From Bacteroidia bacterium (lineage in GTDB: Bacteria; Bacteroidota; Bacteroidia; M30B66): a stretch of DNA of 64,000 nucleotides. The first letter of the stretch is position 1. Each line of letters begins with the position of its first letter. Shown piece after piece: positions 49,299-60,183 of the stretch. The notes beneath the pieces are model-generated. The model did not search any database. It was given only the letters and a program-made list of their open reading frames with translations, and was not told the origin of the DNA. A program made the translations under genes and the position numbers. Where the stretch lies: the NCBI GenBank assembly GCA_965279035.1, contig OZ257142.1:2048001-2112000 (forward strand). The letters are read 5' to 3'.

Positions 49299-52200
49299 AT
49301 GCAAAACCATTCAATTTCTTCTTTAAACGTAAAACTGAATTTCAGTATTGCCTTTTTTATTGTTTTAACTTCAGGACTAATAAAAGCTCAAAGTTTTATT
49401 CTTTCAAAAAGTATTAAATGGACAAATCCTACTGAAATTAAGATCTCACAGTATGATACCAAAAAGAATATTCATTTTGAAGGTGCACAATATGGAGGAG
49501 ATCAAAATGATTTACCTTATTTAAGTGAAGTCATTTCCATTGAGAAAAATAAAAGTGTTGATCAAGTTGAAATAGTAAATGCAACCTATATATCTCTGAC
49601 TAGTCAAGAATTGGTTTTAATTCCTCAAGGCTTCATACTAAATTCTTCTCCTGAAATTGTCTTTTCTACTGTCTATGATAGAAAGCATCCACATTTAGAA
49701 TATAGAATTTTGCCTTTTCGAAAATCGTCTAAAGGAATTGAAAAACTTATTTCTTTTGAACTAAATGTAACTCTCAAAGAGGGGAATTCAACATACTCAA
49801 GACCGAAATCAACTACAACGACTTCAGTACTTTCATCTGGAAATTGGTATAAAATAGGTGTTACAAATTCTGGAGTTTTCAAAATCTCAAAACAACTCCT
49901 CAGTACAATGGGAGTAAATACCTCTTTTGATCCCCGAAACTTTCGATTATATGGGAATGGTGGATCTATTCTTCCTGAACGAAACAATGTATTTTATCCA
50001 GATGATCTTGCTGAGAATGCAGTTTTTGTTCAAGGTGAACAAGATGGGATTTTTGATGATCAAGATTATGTGCTTTTTTATGCACGAGGCCCTGTAAGTT
50101 GGAATTATGACAATGTTAAAGGTGTGTATAGGCATACGAAGAATTTATATAGTGATACTGCTTGGTATTTTATTAATACAGATCAAGGATTAGGAAAAAG
50201 AATTTTACCTCAAGCTCAATCATCGGCTTCATCTACTCAAATAATAACCGAATTTGATGATTATGGTTTTGTCGAAAATGATGAAGAGAATTTTTTAAAA
50301 TCTGGAAGACGTTGGTTTGGAAATAAAATGGAAACAAGCACCTCGTTTTCTTTCAATTTGAATTTTCCAAATTCTACTTCTGGACCGCATAAAATCATAA
50401 GCAACCTTGTTGCTCGCAATACATCAGCTACCAATTTTGGTATTACGATTAACGGACAAGGATTTAATCAATCAGTAAATGCTTTAACAGGTGTTGGTTA
50501 CTTAGACACCTTTGCTAAGGAAAACGAAAGTGTCTTTTTGGTTAACGGTTCTATGTCTACATTAAATATGACTGTTACACGGCAAAACTCAAGTAGTATT
50601 GCATGGATTGATTATTTGATTTTTAACATTCGAAAGTCACTTGCATTTAATGGAACTCAAGTTTCATTTAGAGCTCAAGATGCAACCGGACTTGGTAATA
50701 TTGCTGATTATAGGATAAGTGGAGCTTCATCTAATTTAAAGGTTTGGGAGTTGACTAATAAATATGATATTAAAGATCAGTCATATACTTTAAATGGTTC
50801 TACAATTTCATTTATTCAATCAGCCGATTCTTTAAGAGAATATGTTGTTTTAAATCCTTCTGCTTCGTTTCCATCGCCTATCCCATTTGGAAGCGTGAAC
50901 AATCAAAATCTTCATGGAACAGCTCAAGTTGACATGATCATCATAGCACCAGCTCCATTTCTACCTGCAGCTGAAAATTTAGCCAATCACCATCGTGATC
51001 ATGATGGAATGACAGTCGTTGTTACTACTCCTAAACTTATTTATAATGAATTTTCTTCCGGAGCACAAGACATTGCTGCGATTCGGAATTTTGTAAAAAT
51101 GTTTTACAACAGAGCAACATCAACTGCAGAATTACCAAAATACTTGTTGTTGATGGGAGATGGTTCTTATGATCCTCGAAATCGCCTTGCAAATAATCAA
51201 AATTGGATTCCAACATACGAATCTTCAGAATCGTTGAACCCGATAGGTTCTTATTGTTCGGATGATTTTTTTGGATTTCTTGATCCAACCGAAGGAACGA
51301 ATATACAGTCTGTTGGAGCTGGTTTACTTGATATTGGTATAGGTCGTTTTCCAGTAAACAGTCTTGAAGAAGCAAATCAAATTTCAAATAAAGTAATTCA
51401 TTATGCTACTGATTTGGCTTGTATGAATGACTGGAGAAATATTGTTGCTTTTATTGCCGATGATGAAGATACAAACGATCATATTAATCAAGCAGAAAGT
51501 GTAAGTGCGTTGATTGAACAGAATTATCCTGTCTATAACATTGATAAATTTTATTTAGATGCTTATCAGCAAGAAAGTGGTGCAGGTGGACAACGATATC
51601 CTCAGGTGAATATCGACATTACAAACCGAGTAAACCGTGGTGCTCTGATGATGAATTATGCTGGACATGGAGGTGAGCAAAGTCTTGCATTAGAACGTGT
51701 TATAACTATTCCAGAAATACAAGCTTGGAATGGGTTTAATAATATGCCATTATTTATGACGGCTACTTGTGAGTTTAGTCGTTTTGATAATCCCGAATTT
51801 ACTTCTGCAGGAGAATATGTAATTCTTAATCCTTCTGGTGGTGGAATTGCATTATTCACAACTGTTCGACTTACCTTCAGTTCGTCTAATGCAAATCTGA
51901 ATCGTAATATAATGGATACAGTTTTTGCAACTCAAAATGGACAACATTTAAGATTGGGGGATATTTTACGAATAGGTAAAAATGCGCCAACTACAGGGTC
52001 ATCTTTTAATAATCGAAGTTTTGCATTATTAGGAGATCCAGCTTTAATGCTTGCTTTTCCAGCATATCGTGTAACTACAAATTCAATTAATGGTAATGTA
52101 AGTTCGTTATCAGATACCCTTTCAGCTTTGGATTTGGTAACAATTACTGGTTCTGTTACAGATATTAATGGAAATGTTCAAACCAATTTCAATGGTGTGG

Positions 52201-53144
52201 TTATACCAACAGTTTTTGATAAAAAAGCAACATATTACACACTTGGAAATGATCCTACTTCACCCATAAAACCATTTCAACTTCAAAAAAACGTTATTTT
52301 CAGAGGACCTGCTACCGTTACTAATGGAAATTTCACCTTCAGTTTTGTTGTTCCTCAAGACATTCAATTTAATTTTGGGACTGGAAAGATTAGTTATTAT
52401 GCTAGAAAGAATGGATCACTAGATGATGCTCATGGTTATAATAATGGAATTATAGTCGGCGGTTTTAGTGATAATCCAATAACAGATAACACAGGTCCAG
52501 AAATAAGAATCTATATGAATAATGAACAGTTTGTTTCGGGAGGAATGACTGATCAAAAGCCGGATATGTTAGCGTATGTTGAAGATCAAATTGGAATTAA
52601 TACTGTTGGAACTGGAATCGGTCATGATATAACAGCTATTCTGGATGGAAATACAAGCAATCCATTTATTTTAAATGACTATTATGAAGCAGATCAGGAC
52701 AATTTTAGAAAAGGAAAAATTAGATATCCTTTTAAAGATTTAACACCTGGAAAACATACATTAAGCCTTAAAGTATGGGATGTTGCAAATAATTCTTCAA
52801 CAGCTTCCATCGACTTTGTTGTTGTTAAATCGGAAGAACTTTCATTGGATCATGTTCTTAATTATCCCAATCCATTTACAACACATACTCAATTTTATTA
52901 TGAATACAATCAACCTGGAATACCAGTGAATGTTGATATTCAAATTTATACTGTTGCAGGAAGGTTGGTAAAATCGTTAAATACAACCCAAGTTAGTAAT
53001 GGTTATCGTTCCGAAGCCATTGTTTGGGATGGATTGGATGATTTTGGAGATAAGATAGGACGTGGTGTATATGTGTACCGATTACGCGTGAAAACACCTG
53101 ATGGAAAATCAGCCGAAAAAATTGAGAAACTTGTAATCCTATAA
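49299..53144 (+). CDS. porU: type IX secretion system sortase PorU (peptidase C25 family)
   Basis: SVLSSGNWYKI, IYNEFSSGAQD, LLLMGDGSYD, NYAGHGGE, TATCEFSRFD, LLGDPA, WDVANN, NYPNPF CTD. Confidence 0.93.
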   Translation: MQNHSISSLNVKLNFSIAFFIVLTSGLIKAQSFILSKSIKWTNPTEIKISQYDTKKNIHFEGAQYGGDQNDLPYLSEVISIEKNKSVDQVEIVNATYISLTSQELVLIPQGFILNSSPEIVFSTVYDRKHPHLEYRILPFRKSSKGIEKLISFELNVTLKEGNSTYSRPKSTTTTSVLSSGNWYKIGVTNSGVFKISKQLLSTMGVNTSFDPRNFRLYGNGGSILPERNNVFYPDDLAENAVFVQGEQDGIFDDQDYVLFYARGPVSWNYDNVKGVYRHTKNLYSDTAWYFINTDQGLGKRILPQAQSSASSTQIITEFDDYGFVENDEENFLKSGRRWFGNKMETSTSFSFNLNFPNSTSGPHKIISNLVARNTSATNFGITINGQGFNQSVNALTGVGYLDTFAKENESVFLVNGSMSTLNMTVTRQNSSSIAWIDYLIFNIRKSLAFNGTQVSFRAQDATGLGNIADYRISGASSNLKVWELTNKYDIKDQSYTLNGSTISFIQSADSLREYVVLNPSASFPSPIPFGSVNNQNLHGTAQVDMIIIAPAPFLPAAENLANHHRDHDGMTVVVTTPKLIYNEFSSGAQDIAAIRNFVKMFYNRATSTAELPKYLLLMGDGSYDPRNRLANNQNWIPTYESSESLNPIGSYCSDDFFGFLDPTEGTNIQSVGAGLLDIGIGRFPVNSLEEANQISNKVIHYATDLACMNDWRNIVAFIADDEDTNDHINQAESVSALIEQNYPVYNIDKFYLDAYQQESGAGGQRYPQVNIDITNRVNRGALMMNYAGHGGEQSLALERVITIPEIQAWNGFNNMPLFMTATCEFSRFDNPEFTSAGEYVILNPSGGGIALFTTVRLTFSSSNANLNRNIMDTVFATQNGQHLRLGDILRIGKNAPTTGSSFNNRSFALLGDPALMLAFPAYRVTTNSINGNVSSLSDTLSALDLVTITGSVTDINGNVQTNFNGVVIPTVFDKKATYYTLGNDPTSPIKPFQLQKNVIFRGPATVTNGNFTFSFVVPQDIQFNFGTGKISYYARKNGSLDDAHGYNNGIIVGGFSDNPITDNTGPEIRIYMNNEQFVSGGMTDQKPDMLAYVEDQIGINTVGTGIGHDITAILDGNTSNPFILNDYYEADQDNFRKGKIRYPFKDLTPGKHTLSLKVWDVANNSSTASIDFVVVKSEELSLDHVLNYPNPFTTHTQFYYEYNQPGIPVNVDIQIYTVAGRLVKSLNTTQVSNGYRSEAIVWDGLDDFGDKIGRGVYVYRLRVKTPDGKSAEKIEKLVIL

Positions 53145-53203
53145 ATCGTACAAGACGCCATTGTTTTGAAATACTATATTTGACCCATATTTTGAAATTC
53201 ATA

Positions 53204-54451
53204 ATGACAAAACCGACCTTTTCAACAGTCGTAATCTCAACGGCAGCCATTTTACTAGGGTTTGAAGCTAATGCTCAAATTACTTCTAGTCAGCTAAATG
53301 GTCAAACGATTAATACCATTACTACTGCAGTACCGCTTTTGATGATTTCGCCTGATGCGCGTGCAGGAGCTTTGGGTGATGCAGGTGGTGCAATGGGGCC
53401 AGATGCAAATTCAATCCATTGGGGATCAGCTAAATTAGCTTCCAATGAAGGAACTTCTGGTATTTCACTTTCTTATATTCCTTGGTTACGAAATTTAGTT
53501 CCTGATATTAATTTGGGATATCTTTCTTGGTATAAGAAAATGAAAAAACGCCAAACGATAGGTGGTTCACTTCGTTATTTCTCTCTCGGAAATATTGTAT
53601 TTACTGATATTGTTGGAAATACTATTGGACAATTCAACCCAAATGAATTTGCCATTGACTTTGCCTATGCTCGTAAATTTTCTGATCGTTGGAGCGGTGG
53701 TATTACCATGCGTTACATTTATTCAAACCTAACAAATGGAATAGATGTACAAGGAACACCAAGTTTTGCTGGACAAACTGTAGCTGCTGATATTTCAACC
53801 TATTATAGTAATCCAGATTTGAAACTAGGAGGTAAAAAAGCCACTTATTCATTTGCTGCAGCAATTACAAATATTGGAGGGAAGATTTCTTACACGAAAA
53901 CTGCTGACCGAAATTTTATTCCTACTAACCTTCGTATTGGAAACTCCTTGAAAGTGAAAGTAGATGATTATAACTCCTTTACTTTTCTTTTCGATTTGAA
54001 TAAACTAATGGTTCCAACTCCTCCTGTTCGTTCAGATGGAACGAACAATTATCCTGGTGTTGCTCTTGGAGAAGTTGCTTTTGGGAAAGACAATAATGTT
54101 CCTATTGTAACCGGTATGCTTCAATCATTTTCTGATGCTCCCGGAGTGTTAAAAGCCGATGGAACTCGCAGTGTTTTGAAAGAAGAATTACGAGAAATAA
54201 ATCCTTGTGGTGGAATTGAATACAGTTACAATAACGTATTTGCGATTCGTACCGGTTATTTTTATGAGCATCCAACCAAAGGAAATCGTCGTTATTTTAC
54301 CTTGGGTGCAGGAGTTAAATTCAATGTATTTACTTTGGATTTAGCGTATTTGATTCCAACACAGCAACGTAATCCATTGGAAAATACTTTACGTTTCACC
54401 TTACAATTTGATTTCGGTGCTTTCCAATCACAGAATAAGAGTTCCGAATAA
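53204..54451 (+). CDS. porV: type IX secretion system outer membrane protein PorV
   Basis: ITTAVPLLMISPDARAGALGD, SYIPWL, KGNRRYFTLGAG, NPLENTLRF; TTG 53180 lies inside a TATATTTG promoter-like element so ATG 53204 is preferred. Confidence 0.93.
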   Translation: MTKPTFSTVVISTAAILLGFEANAQITSSQLNGQTINTITTAVPLLMISPDARAGALGDAGGAMGPDANSIHWGSAKLASNEGTSGISLSYIPWLRNLVPDINLGYLSWYKKMKKRQTIGGSLRYFSLGNIVFTDIVGNTIGQFNPNEFAIDFAYARKFSDRWSGGITMRYIYSNLTNGIDVQGTPSFAGQTVAADISTYYSNPDLKLGGKKATYSFAAAITNIGGKISYTKTADRNFIPTNLRIGNSLKVKVDDYNSFTFLFDLNKLMVPTPPVRSDGTNNYPGVALGEVAFGKDNNVPIVTGMLQSFSDAPGVLKADGTRSVLKEELREINPCGGIEYSYNNVFAIRTGYFYEHPTKGNRRYFTLGAGVKFNVFTLDLAYLIPTQQRNPLENTLRFTLQFDFGAFQSQNKSSE

Positions 54452-54928
54452 ATGAATATACGTGTAGGGCAAGGGGTTGATGTTCATCAACTCAGTGAAG
54501 GTTATGATTTATGGCTGGGAGGATTGAAGATTCCTCATCATAAAGGAGCTGTTGGCCATTCGGATGCAGATGTTTTAATTCATGCCATTTGCGATGCTTT
54601 GCTTGGTGCCGCTAATTTGCGCGACATAGGTTACCATTTTCCAGATACTTCTTCTGAATTCAAAGGAATTGATAGTAAAATCTTGCTTCGTCGAGTTACG
54701 GATTTACTTTTTGAAAAAGGATGGAAAGTAGGAAATGTGGACACCACGCTCATTTTGGAACAGCCTAAAATCAAACCCTATATAGAGCAAATGCAGGAAA
54801 CACTTGCTCCATTAATGGGAATTGAAACAGATGCAATCTCTATAAAAGCTACTACAAACGAAACGATGGGATATGTTGGAAGGCAAGAAGGTGTTCTAGC
54901 ATATGCAACGGCTCTCATTTATCGTTGA
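54452..54928 (+). CDS. ispF: 2-C-methyl-D-erythritol 2,4-cyclodiphosphate synthase
   Basis: RVGQGVDVH, GHSDADVLIHAICDALLGA, DIGYHFPD, KATTNE. Confidence 0.97.
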   Translation: MNIRVGQGVDVHQLSEGYDLWLGGLKIPHHKGAVGHSDADVLIHAICDALLGAANLRDIGYHFPDTSSEFKGIDSKILLRRVTDLLFEKGWKVGNVDTTLILEQPKIKPYIEQMQETLAPLMGIETDAISIKATTNETMGYVGRQEGVLAYATALIYR

Positions 54929-54964
54929 TTTGCTTGTTAACTGCTCCTTTGTATCTTTACCCAG

Positions 54965-55456
54965 ATGCGAGAACTGCACTTTACTTCATTAGTTAGAGAA
55001 TACGATCAACTGGAAAACCTTCCTGAGACTGATCAAAAATTAATGAACGCCGCTATTGAAGCGAGTTCCAGAGCTTATGCTCCTTATTCACATTTTTACG
55101 TTGGTGCCGCTGTTTTACTCGAAGACGGCACTATAGTTTTGGGTAATAACCAAGAAAACGTTGCCTATCCTTCGGGTTTATGTGCTGAACGGACTGCTTT
55201 ATTTGCAGCTGGCGCGAACTTTCCAGGAAAAGGTGTGTTAAAAGTGGCTATTGCAGCCCACTCAGATGATTTTACTGTAGAAACTCCTGTATATCCTTGT
55301 GGTGCTTGCAGGCAAGTTATGTCGGAGTACGAACAATTGAGTAAACGCCCTATGGAAATATTGATGATGGGTGCTCAAGGAAAAGTGCATGTTGTTAACG
55401 GATTGATAAATATCTTGCCCGTTGCCTTTAATGCAGATAATTTAAAACGAAAATAG
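54965..55456 (+). CDS. cdd: cytidine deaminase
   Basis: AYAPYSHFYVGAA, GNNQEN, CAER, PCGACRQ. Confidence 0.93.
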   Translation: MRELHFTSLVREYDQLENLPETDQKLMNAAIEASSRAYAPYSHFYVGAAVLLEDGTIVLGNNQENVAYPSGLCAERTALFAAGANFPGKGVLKVAIAAHSDDFTVETPVYPCGACRQVMSEYEQLSKRPMEILMMGAQGKVHVVNGLINILPVAFNADNLKRK

Positions 55457-55528
55457 ATTGATTCTTCGCAATTATTATTGCAGAATAGTATATTCTTATA
55501 AATTTGCCCACCCAACAGGAAAAAAGAA

Positions 55529-56524
55529 ATGGCAAAGCCTAAATTCAAGAAAGAACAATACCTGAAATGGTATGAAGAAATGCTTCTGTGGCGCCGGTTT
55601 GAGGAAAAGTCAAGCCAGTTATATATTCAACAGAAAATTCGTGGATTCTGTCACCTTTATATTGGACAAGAAGCTGTATTAGCTGGTGCTATGAGCGCAA
55701 CACGATCAAGTGATAATATGATTACTGCTTATCGTGATCACGTTCAGCCGATTGCAAAAGGAGTTTCTCCTAATGCTGTTATGGCTGAATTAATGGCCAA
55801 AGCTACTGGATGCTCTAAAGGTAAAGGCGGATCCATGCACATGTTCTCTGCTGAACATAAGTTTTTTGGTGGTCACGGAATCGTAGGTGGACAAATACCT
55901 CTCGGAGCAGGTATTGCTTTCGCCGATAAGTACAATGGCAACGATAATGTTACCTTAACTTATATGGGTGACGGAGCCGTTCGTCAAGGAGCTTTGCATG
56001 AAGCATTTAATATGGCTATGCTGTGGAAATTGCCTGTTGTTTTCATCATTGAGAATAACAATTACGCAATGGGCACCTCAGTTCAACGTACAACCAATGT
56101 ACATGAACTTTACAAAATTGGTTTATCCTACGATATGCCTTCGAAAGCTGTTGATGGAATGAGCGTTGAAGATGTTCATGATGCAATGGTTTGGGCTGTT
56201 GATCGTGCCCGTAAGGGTGAAGGTCCAAGTTTATTGGAAATGAAAACCTATCGTTTCCGTGGACATTCGATGTCTGATCCTGGTAAATACCGTACAAAAG
56301 AAGAAGTTGAGTCTTATAAATCTCAAGATCCTATTGAGCAAGTGTTAGAAACACTTCGTAAAAATAAGTGGATTACAGAAGCTGAAGTTGAAGCAACCGA
56401 AGAACGCGTGAAAGCAGTGGTGGAAGAATCAGTTGTTTTTGCTGAAGAATCGCCATATCCTACAGTTGATGAACTATACAAAGATGTATATGTTCAAGAT
56501 AATTACCCTTACATTCTCGATTAA
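55529..56524 (+). CDS. pdhA: pyruvate dehydrogenase E1 alpha subunit
   Basis: IRGFCHLYIGQEA, GKGGSMH, GDGAVRQG, ENNNYAMGT, TYRFRGHSMSDP; TAAATTTG at 55499-55506. Confidence 0.96.
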   Translation: MAKPKFKKEQYLKWYEEMLLWRRFEEKSSQLYIQQKIRGFCHLYIGQEAVLAGAMSATRSSDNMITAYRDHVQPIAKGVSPNAVMAELMAKATGCSKGKGGSMHMFSAEHKFFGGHGIVGGQIPLGAGIAFADKYNGNDNVTLTYMGDGAVRQGALHEAFNMAMLWKLPVVFIIENNNYAMGTSVQRTTNVHELYKIGLSYDMPSKAVDGMSVEDVHDAMVWAVDRARKGEGPSLLEMKTYRFRGHSMSDPGKYRTKEEVESYKSQDPIEQVLETLRKNKWITEAEVEATEERVKAVVEESVVFAEESPYPTVDELYKDVYVQDNYPYILD

Positions 56525-56543
56525 TACAGGAAAATAGAACGAT

Positions 56544-57788
56544 ATGGCAGAAATTGTCAAAATGCCCAAACTGAGCGATACCATGGAAGAAGGTGTTGTT
56601 TCGAAATGGCATAAGAAAGTGGGCGACAAAGTAAAATCAGGAGATTTGCTTGCCGAAATCGAAACCGATAAAGCCACCATGGATTTTGAATCTTTTCAAG
56701 ATGGAGTGGTTCTATATATTGGAGTAGAAGAAGGAAAAGGTGCTCCTGTAGATTCTATTCTAGCAATTCTAGGGAAAGAAGGAGAAGATTATAAATCATT
56801 GATTAGTGGTGCTTCTGGAGGATCGGTTACGAAAGCCGAAAGTGCTCCTGTTGAAACAGCTGCTCCAGTTGCTGCATCTGCTCCTGTTGCTGCATCTACG
56901 CCAGTAGTAAGTACTATTGCAGATGATTCTTCTCGTATGAAAGCATCTCCATTAGCTAAAAAAATTGCTTCGGATAAAGGAATTGATATTAATCAAGTAC
57001 AAGGTTCGGGTGATGGTGGACGTATCGTAAAACGCGATGTAGAAAACTTCAGTCCTTCGACTACTTCTGCAAAACCTGCTGCAGCGCCTTATATTTCGGT
57101 TGGAACAGAAAGTTATTCAGAAGAGAATGTATCTCAAATGCGCAAAGTCATTGCGCGTAGATTGGCTGAGAGTAAGTTTAGTGCTCCGCATTTTTACTTA
57201 ACTATAGAAATCGATATGGACAATGCCATAGCTGCTCGTTCGTCGATTAACGCTTCTGGAGATGTTAAAATCTCATTCAACGATTTTGTGGTGAAAGCCT
57301 CTTCGATGGCGCTTCGTAAACACCAAGCAATTAATTCATCTTGGTTGGGCGATAAAATTCGTCGTAATCACCATGTGCATATTGGAGTGGCAATGGCGGT
57401 AGAAGATGGATTACTTGTTCCAGTTGTTCGTTTTGCTGATAATAAAAGCTTGTCTCAAATTTCGGCAGAAGTTAAAGAATATTCGGCTAAAGCAAAATCG
57501 AAGAAATTACAACCTCAGGATTGGGAAGGAAACACGTTCACGATTAGCAATCTGGGTATGTTTGATATTGAAGAATTTACGGCGATTATCAATCCTCCTG
57601 ATGCCTGTATTTTAGCAGTTGGTTCTATCAAACAGAAACCTGTTGTGAAAAATGGGGCTGTAGTTCCTGGAAATGTGATGAAACTAACACTTAGTTGTGA
57701 TCACCGTGTGGTTGATGGAGCAAGCGGTGCTGCATTCTTGAAAACACTCAAAGAATATCTTGAGCAACCAGTCATGATGCTTGTTTAA
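56544..57788 (+). CDS. pdhC: pyruvate dehydrogenase E2 dihydrolipoamide acetyltransferase (one lipoyl domain)
   Basis: EIETDKATM lipoyl site, ASPLAKK, GSGDGGRI, TISNLGM, SCDHRVVDG. Confidence 0.95.
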   Translation: MAEIVKMPKLSDTMEEGVVSKWHKKVGDKVKSGDLLAEIETDKATMDFESFQDGVVLYIGVEEGKGAPVDSILAILGKEGEDYKSLISGASGGSVTKAESAPVETAAPVAASAPVAASTPVVSTIADDSSRMKASPLAKKIASDKGIDINQVQGSGDGGRIVKRDVENFSPSTTSAKPAAAPYISVGTESYSEENVSQMRKVIARRLAESKFSAPHFYLTIEIDMDNAIAARSSINASGDVKISFNDFVVKASSMALRKHQAINSSWLGDKIRRNHHVHIGVAMAVEDGLLVPVVRFADNKSLSQISAEVKEYSAKAKSKKLQPQDWEGNTFTISNLGMFDIEEFTAIINPPDACILAVGSIKQKPVVKNGAVVPGNVMKLTLSCDHRVVDGASGAAFLKTLKEYLEQPVMMLV

Positions 57789-57807
57789 GGTTTCAATAAA
57801 ACAAAAG

Positions 57808-57844
57808 AAAAGCCCTGTGACGATGATGTTACAGGGCTTTTTTT
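57808..57844 (+). terminator. intrinsic terminator after pdhC
   Basis: AAAAGCCCTGTGAC-GATGAT-GTTACAGGGCTTTTTTT. Confidence 0.85.
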
Positions 57845-57861
57845 ATGTCAGTAAGCCCTCT

Positions 57862-57972
57862 AGACTTTGTATGAGCGGTTGAGGCGGTAGCCCGCATTGT
57901 GCGCCGCAGCGAAAGCGAAGGTGAACAGGAGGACTAATAGCCGAAGACGCGACCCGAAGGGGCATACCCAAA
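57862..57972 (-). ncRNA. GC-rich structured element resembling Flavo-1-type RNA / REP-like repeat
   Basis: Minus strand TTTGGGTATGCCCCTTCGGGTCGCGTCTTCGGCT...GGGCTACCGCCTCAACCGCTCATACAAA: GTATG/CATAC closing stem, CCC-TTCG-GG hairpin; family assignment from memory only. Confidence 0.45.
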
Positions 57973-57979
57973 TAAACAA

Positions 57980-58594
57980 TCAGAAAAGGCCGTTAATTTC
58001 TGCGTCGATACGGTTGATGATTTCTCCTAAATGCTCTGGATTTTCGCTGAATTTATTTTCATCCACATCCACAATCATGAGTTTGCCCACGGTGTAGTTC
58101 GATATCCACGCTTCGTAACGCTCATTCAAACGTTTCAAATAATCGAGGCGAATAGAATTTTCGTAATCACGTCCGCGCTTTTGGATTTGATTCACCAATG
58201 TTGGAACACTCGCACGTAAATAAATCAATACATCGGGCGGAGCAATAAAGCTCGACATGAGATTGAATAATGTGAAGTAGTTTTCAAAATCGCGTGTGGT
58301 CATCAAGCCCATCGCGTGCAGGTTGGGAGCGAAGATATACGCATCTTCATAAATCGTCCGATCCTGAATCACGTGTTTGCCGCTTTTGCGAATATCGTTC
58401 ACTTGATTGAAACGAGAATTCAAGAAGTAAATCTGCAAGTTGAATGACCAACGTTGCATGTCTTCGTAAAAGTCGTTCAGATAGGGATTGTCGTCTGCGT
58501 CCTCGAAATGCGGAACCCAGTTGTAGTGTTTCGACAACAAAGAAGTAAGTGTGGTCTTTCCGGAACCAATATTTCCAGCAACAGCTACATGCAT
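57980..58594 (-). CDS. deoxynucleoside kinase
   Basis: AGNIGSGKTT, NPYLNDFY, LQIYFLNSR, QDRTIYED, KRGRDYE. Confidence 0.94.
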   Translation of the reverse strand: MHVAVAGNIGSGKTTLTSLLSKHYNWVPHFEDADDNPYLNDFYEDMQRWSFNLQIYFLNSRFNQVNDIRKSGKHVIQDRTIYEDAYIFAPNLHAMGLMTTRDFENYFTLFNLMSSFIAPPDVLIYLRASVPTLVNQIQKRGRDYENSIRLDYLKRLNERYEAWISNYTVGKLMIVDVDENKFSENPEHLGEIINRIDAEINGLF

Positions 58595-58709
58595 AGTATT
58601 TATTTAAGGCGCCTAAAATACGCAGGTTCCATCGTTTTCAAAACCCGAAAGTTAAAAAACCTACTCTTTGAGTTTGATTTATTGAATTTTGTATTTAAAT
58701 AATTGATAT

Positions 58710-59939
58710 TCAGCGCCCTTGATAAAGGAGTGATGAAAGTTGCGATTCTTCAAAAATCTCATTCGCAATATTTCGTAAGTCTTTGGAACTGAGCGATTCT
58801 ATCTTTTGTGAAACTTCTTCAAATGTATCTATCTTATTGAAAATCAAGAAAGTCTTTGCGAATCCCAACATGAGTGAAGAATTGCTTTCTTGAGCGATTG
58901 CCATCTGTCCAATCAATTGGTTTTTTGCTTTTTGAAGTTGTAAAACGCCTAATTCTTTTTCTCTGAGCTTCCTCATTTCGGCTAAAACCAAATCACGACA
59001 ACGTTCAACCCAAGCAGCTTCTGTTCCCAAATAAACACTCCACAATCCAGTATCGCTGAATATGGCATAACCTGAATCGATATTATATGTCCATCCATAT
59101 TTTTCGCGGATAGCCAAATTCAATCTAGAACTCATGCCTGGTCCACCCAAAAGATTATTCAATAATATCAAGCCTGTACGTTTGGGATCTCTTACAGAAT
59201 AAGCCAAGTTTCCCATCACCAAATGCGCTTGATGGTTCTTTCTTTTTTCAATGATATGTGTTGGCCTATAAAGTGGAACTGTTTCACGAACAAACGTCCT
59301 CGGATTGTTGGGTTGAAGTCCAATGGTTCGATCAAGAAAAGATTTAATTTTTGAAACTGGGATGTTTCCTACAAAAGAAAATACAATTTGATCTGTATTC
59401 CAGGTGCGTTTAATAAAGGATTTAATATCTGCTGGACTGAATTTTTTGAGGTGTGCTGGAGTTCCCAAAATATCATGACCAAGCGAATGGTTCGGATAGA
59501 TTTGTTCTTCAAAACGATCATAGATTTCTTCAGAAGGACTGTCCTTATATGAATTTATCTCATCGATGATGACCGTTTTTTCTTTGTTGATTTCCTTTTC
59601 GGGAAAGCTGGAGAAAAAGGCAATGTCGTTTAAGAGTTCAATCGCACGTTGATAATGGGCGGATAGAAAAGTTCCATAAAGAACTGTTTCTTCTTTACTC
59701 GTATAAGCGTTCAGTTCACCACCAACATCTTCCATTCGGCTAAGAATGTGAAACGCTTTTCGTTTGGGTGTGCCTTTAAAAACTGAATGTTCGATAAAAT
59801 GTGCTAAACCGTGTTCATGCTCTAATTCATCACGACTTCCGGCATTGATAAACAATCCACAATGAGCAACAGGACTGTTTACCTGCGTATAAATTACACG
59901 AATTCCGTTTGCTAAAGTCCAGGTTTGGGGTTTATTCAT
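58710..59939 (-). CDS. M16 (pitrilysin) family peptidase
   Basis: LANGIRV, GSRDE, GLAHFIEHSVFKGT (HXXEH), NAYTSKE, MSSRLNLAIREKYG. Confidence 0.93.
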   Translation of the reverse strand: MNKPQTWTLANGIRVIYTQVNSPVAHCGLFINAGSRDELEHEHGLAHFIEHSVFKGTPKRKAFHILSRMEDVGGELNAYTSKEETVLYGTFLSAHYQRAIELLNDIAFFSSFPEKEINKEKTVIIDEINSYKDSPSEEIYDRFEEQIYPNHSLGHDILGTPAHLKKFSPADIKSFIKRTWNTDQIVFSFVGNIPVSKIKSFLDRTIGLQPNNPRTFVRETVPLYRPTHIIEKRKNHQAHLVMGNLAYSVRDPKRTGLILLNNLLGGPGMSSRLNLAIREKYGWTYNIDSGYAIFSDTGLWSVYLGTEAAWVERCRDLVLAEMRKLREKELGVLQLQKAKNQLIGQMAIAQESNSSLMLGFAKTFLIFNKIDTFEEVSQKIESLSSKDLRNIANEIFEESQLSSLLYQGR

Positions 59940-60183
59940 CGGGCGAATGTAGTTCAGGATCGGTCACAATGCGCTGAACTCGACCAACTGTTCGATCAAT
60001 TAGCATCACTTTAATTCCTCGTGAATGATAGGGTTTACTGGTTAATATCCAACGGATTCTTCCTCTAGTGAGTTGTCCCGTTTTTTGATCACGTTTCGTA
60101 ACGATATCAACTTCTTGATTGAGTTGCAAATTGTGCCGATAGCAACCACTATTTGCTATTACACTCGCAGCTTGCACTGGCAT
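59932..60183 (-). CDS. YwbE (DUF2196) family protein
   Basis: VDIVTKRDQKTGQLTRG, ILTSKPYHSRGIKVML..VGRVQ; start uncertain. Confidence 0.8.
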   Translation of the reverse strand: MPVQAASVIANSGCYRHNLQLNQEVDIVTKRDQKTGQLTRGRIRWILTSKPYHSRGIKVMLIDRTVGRVQRIVTDPELHSPDE

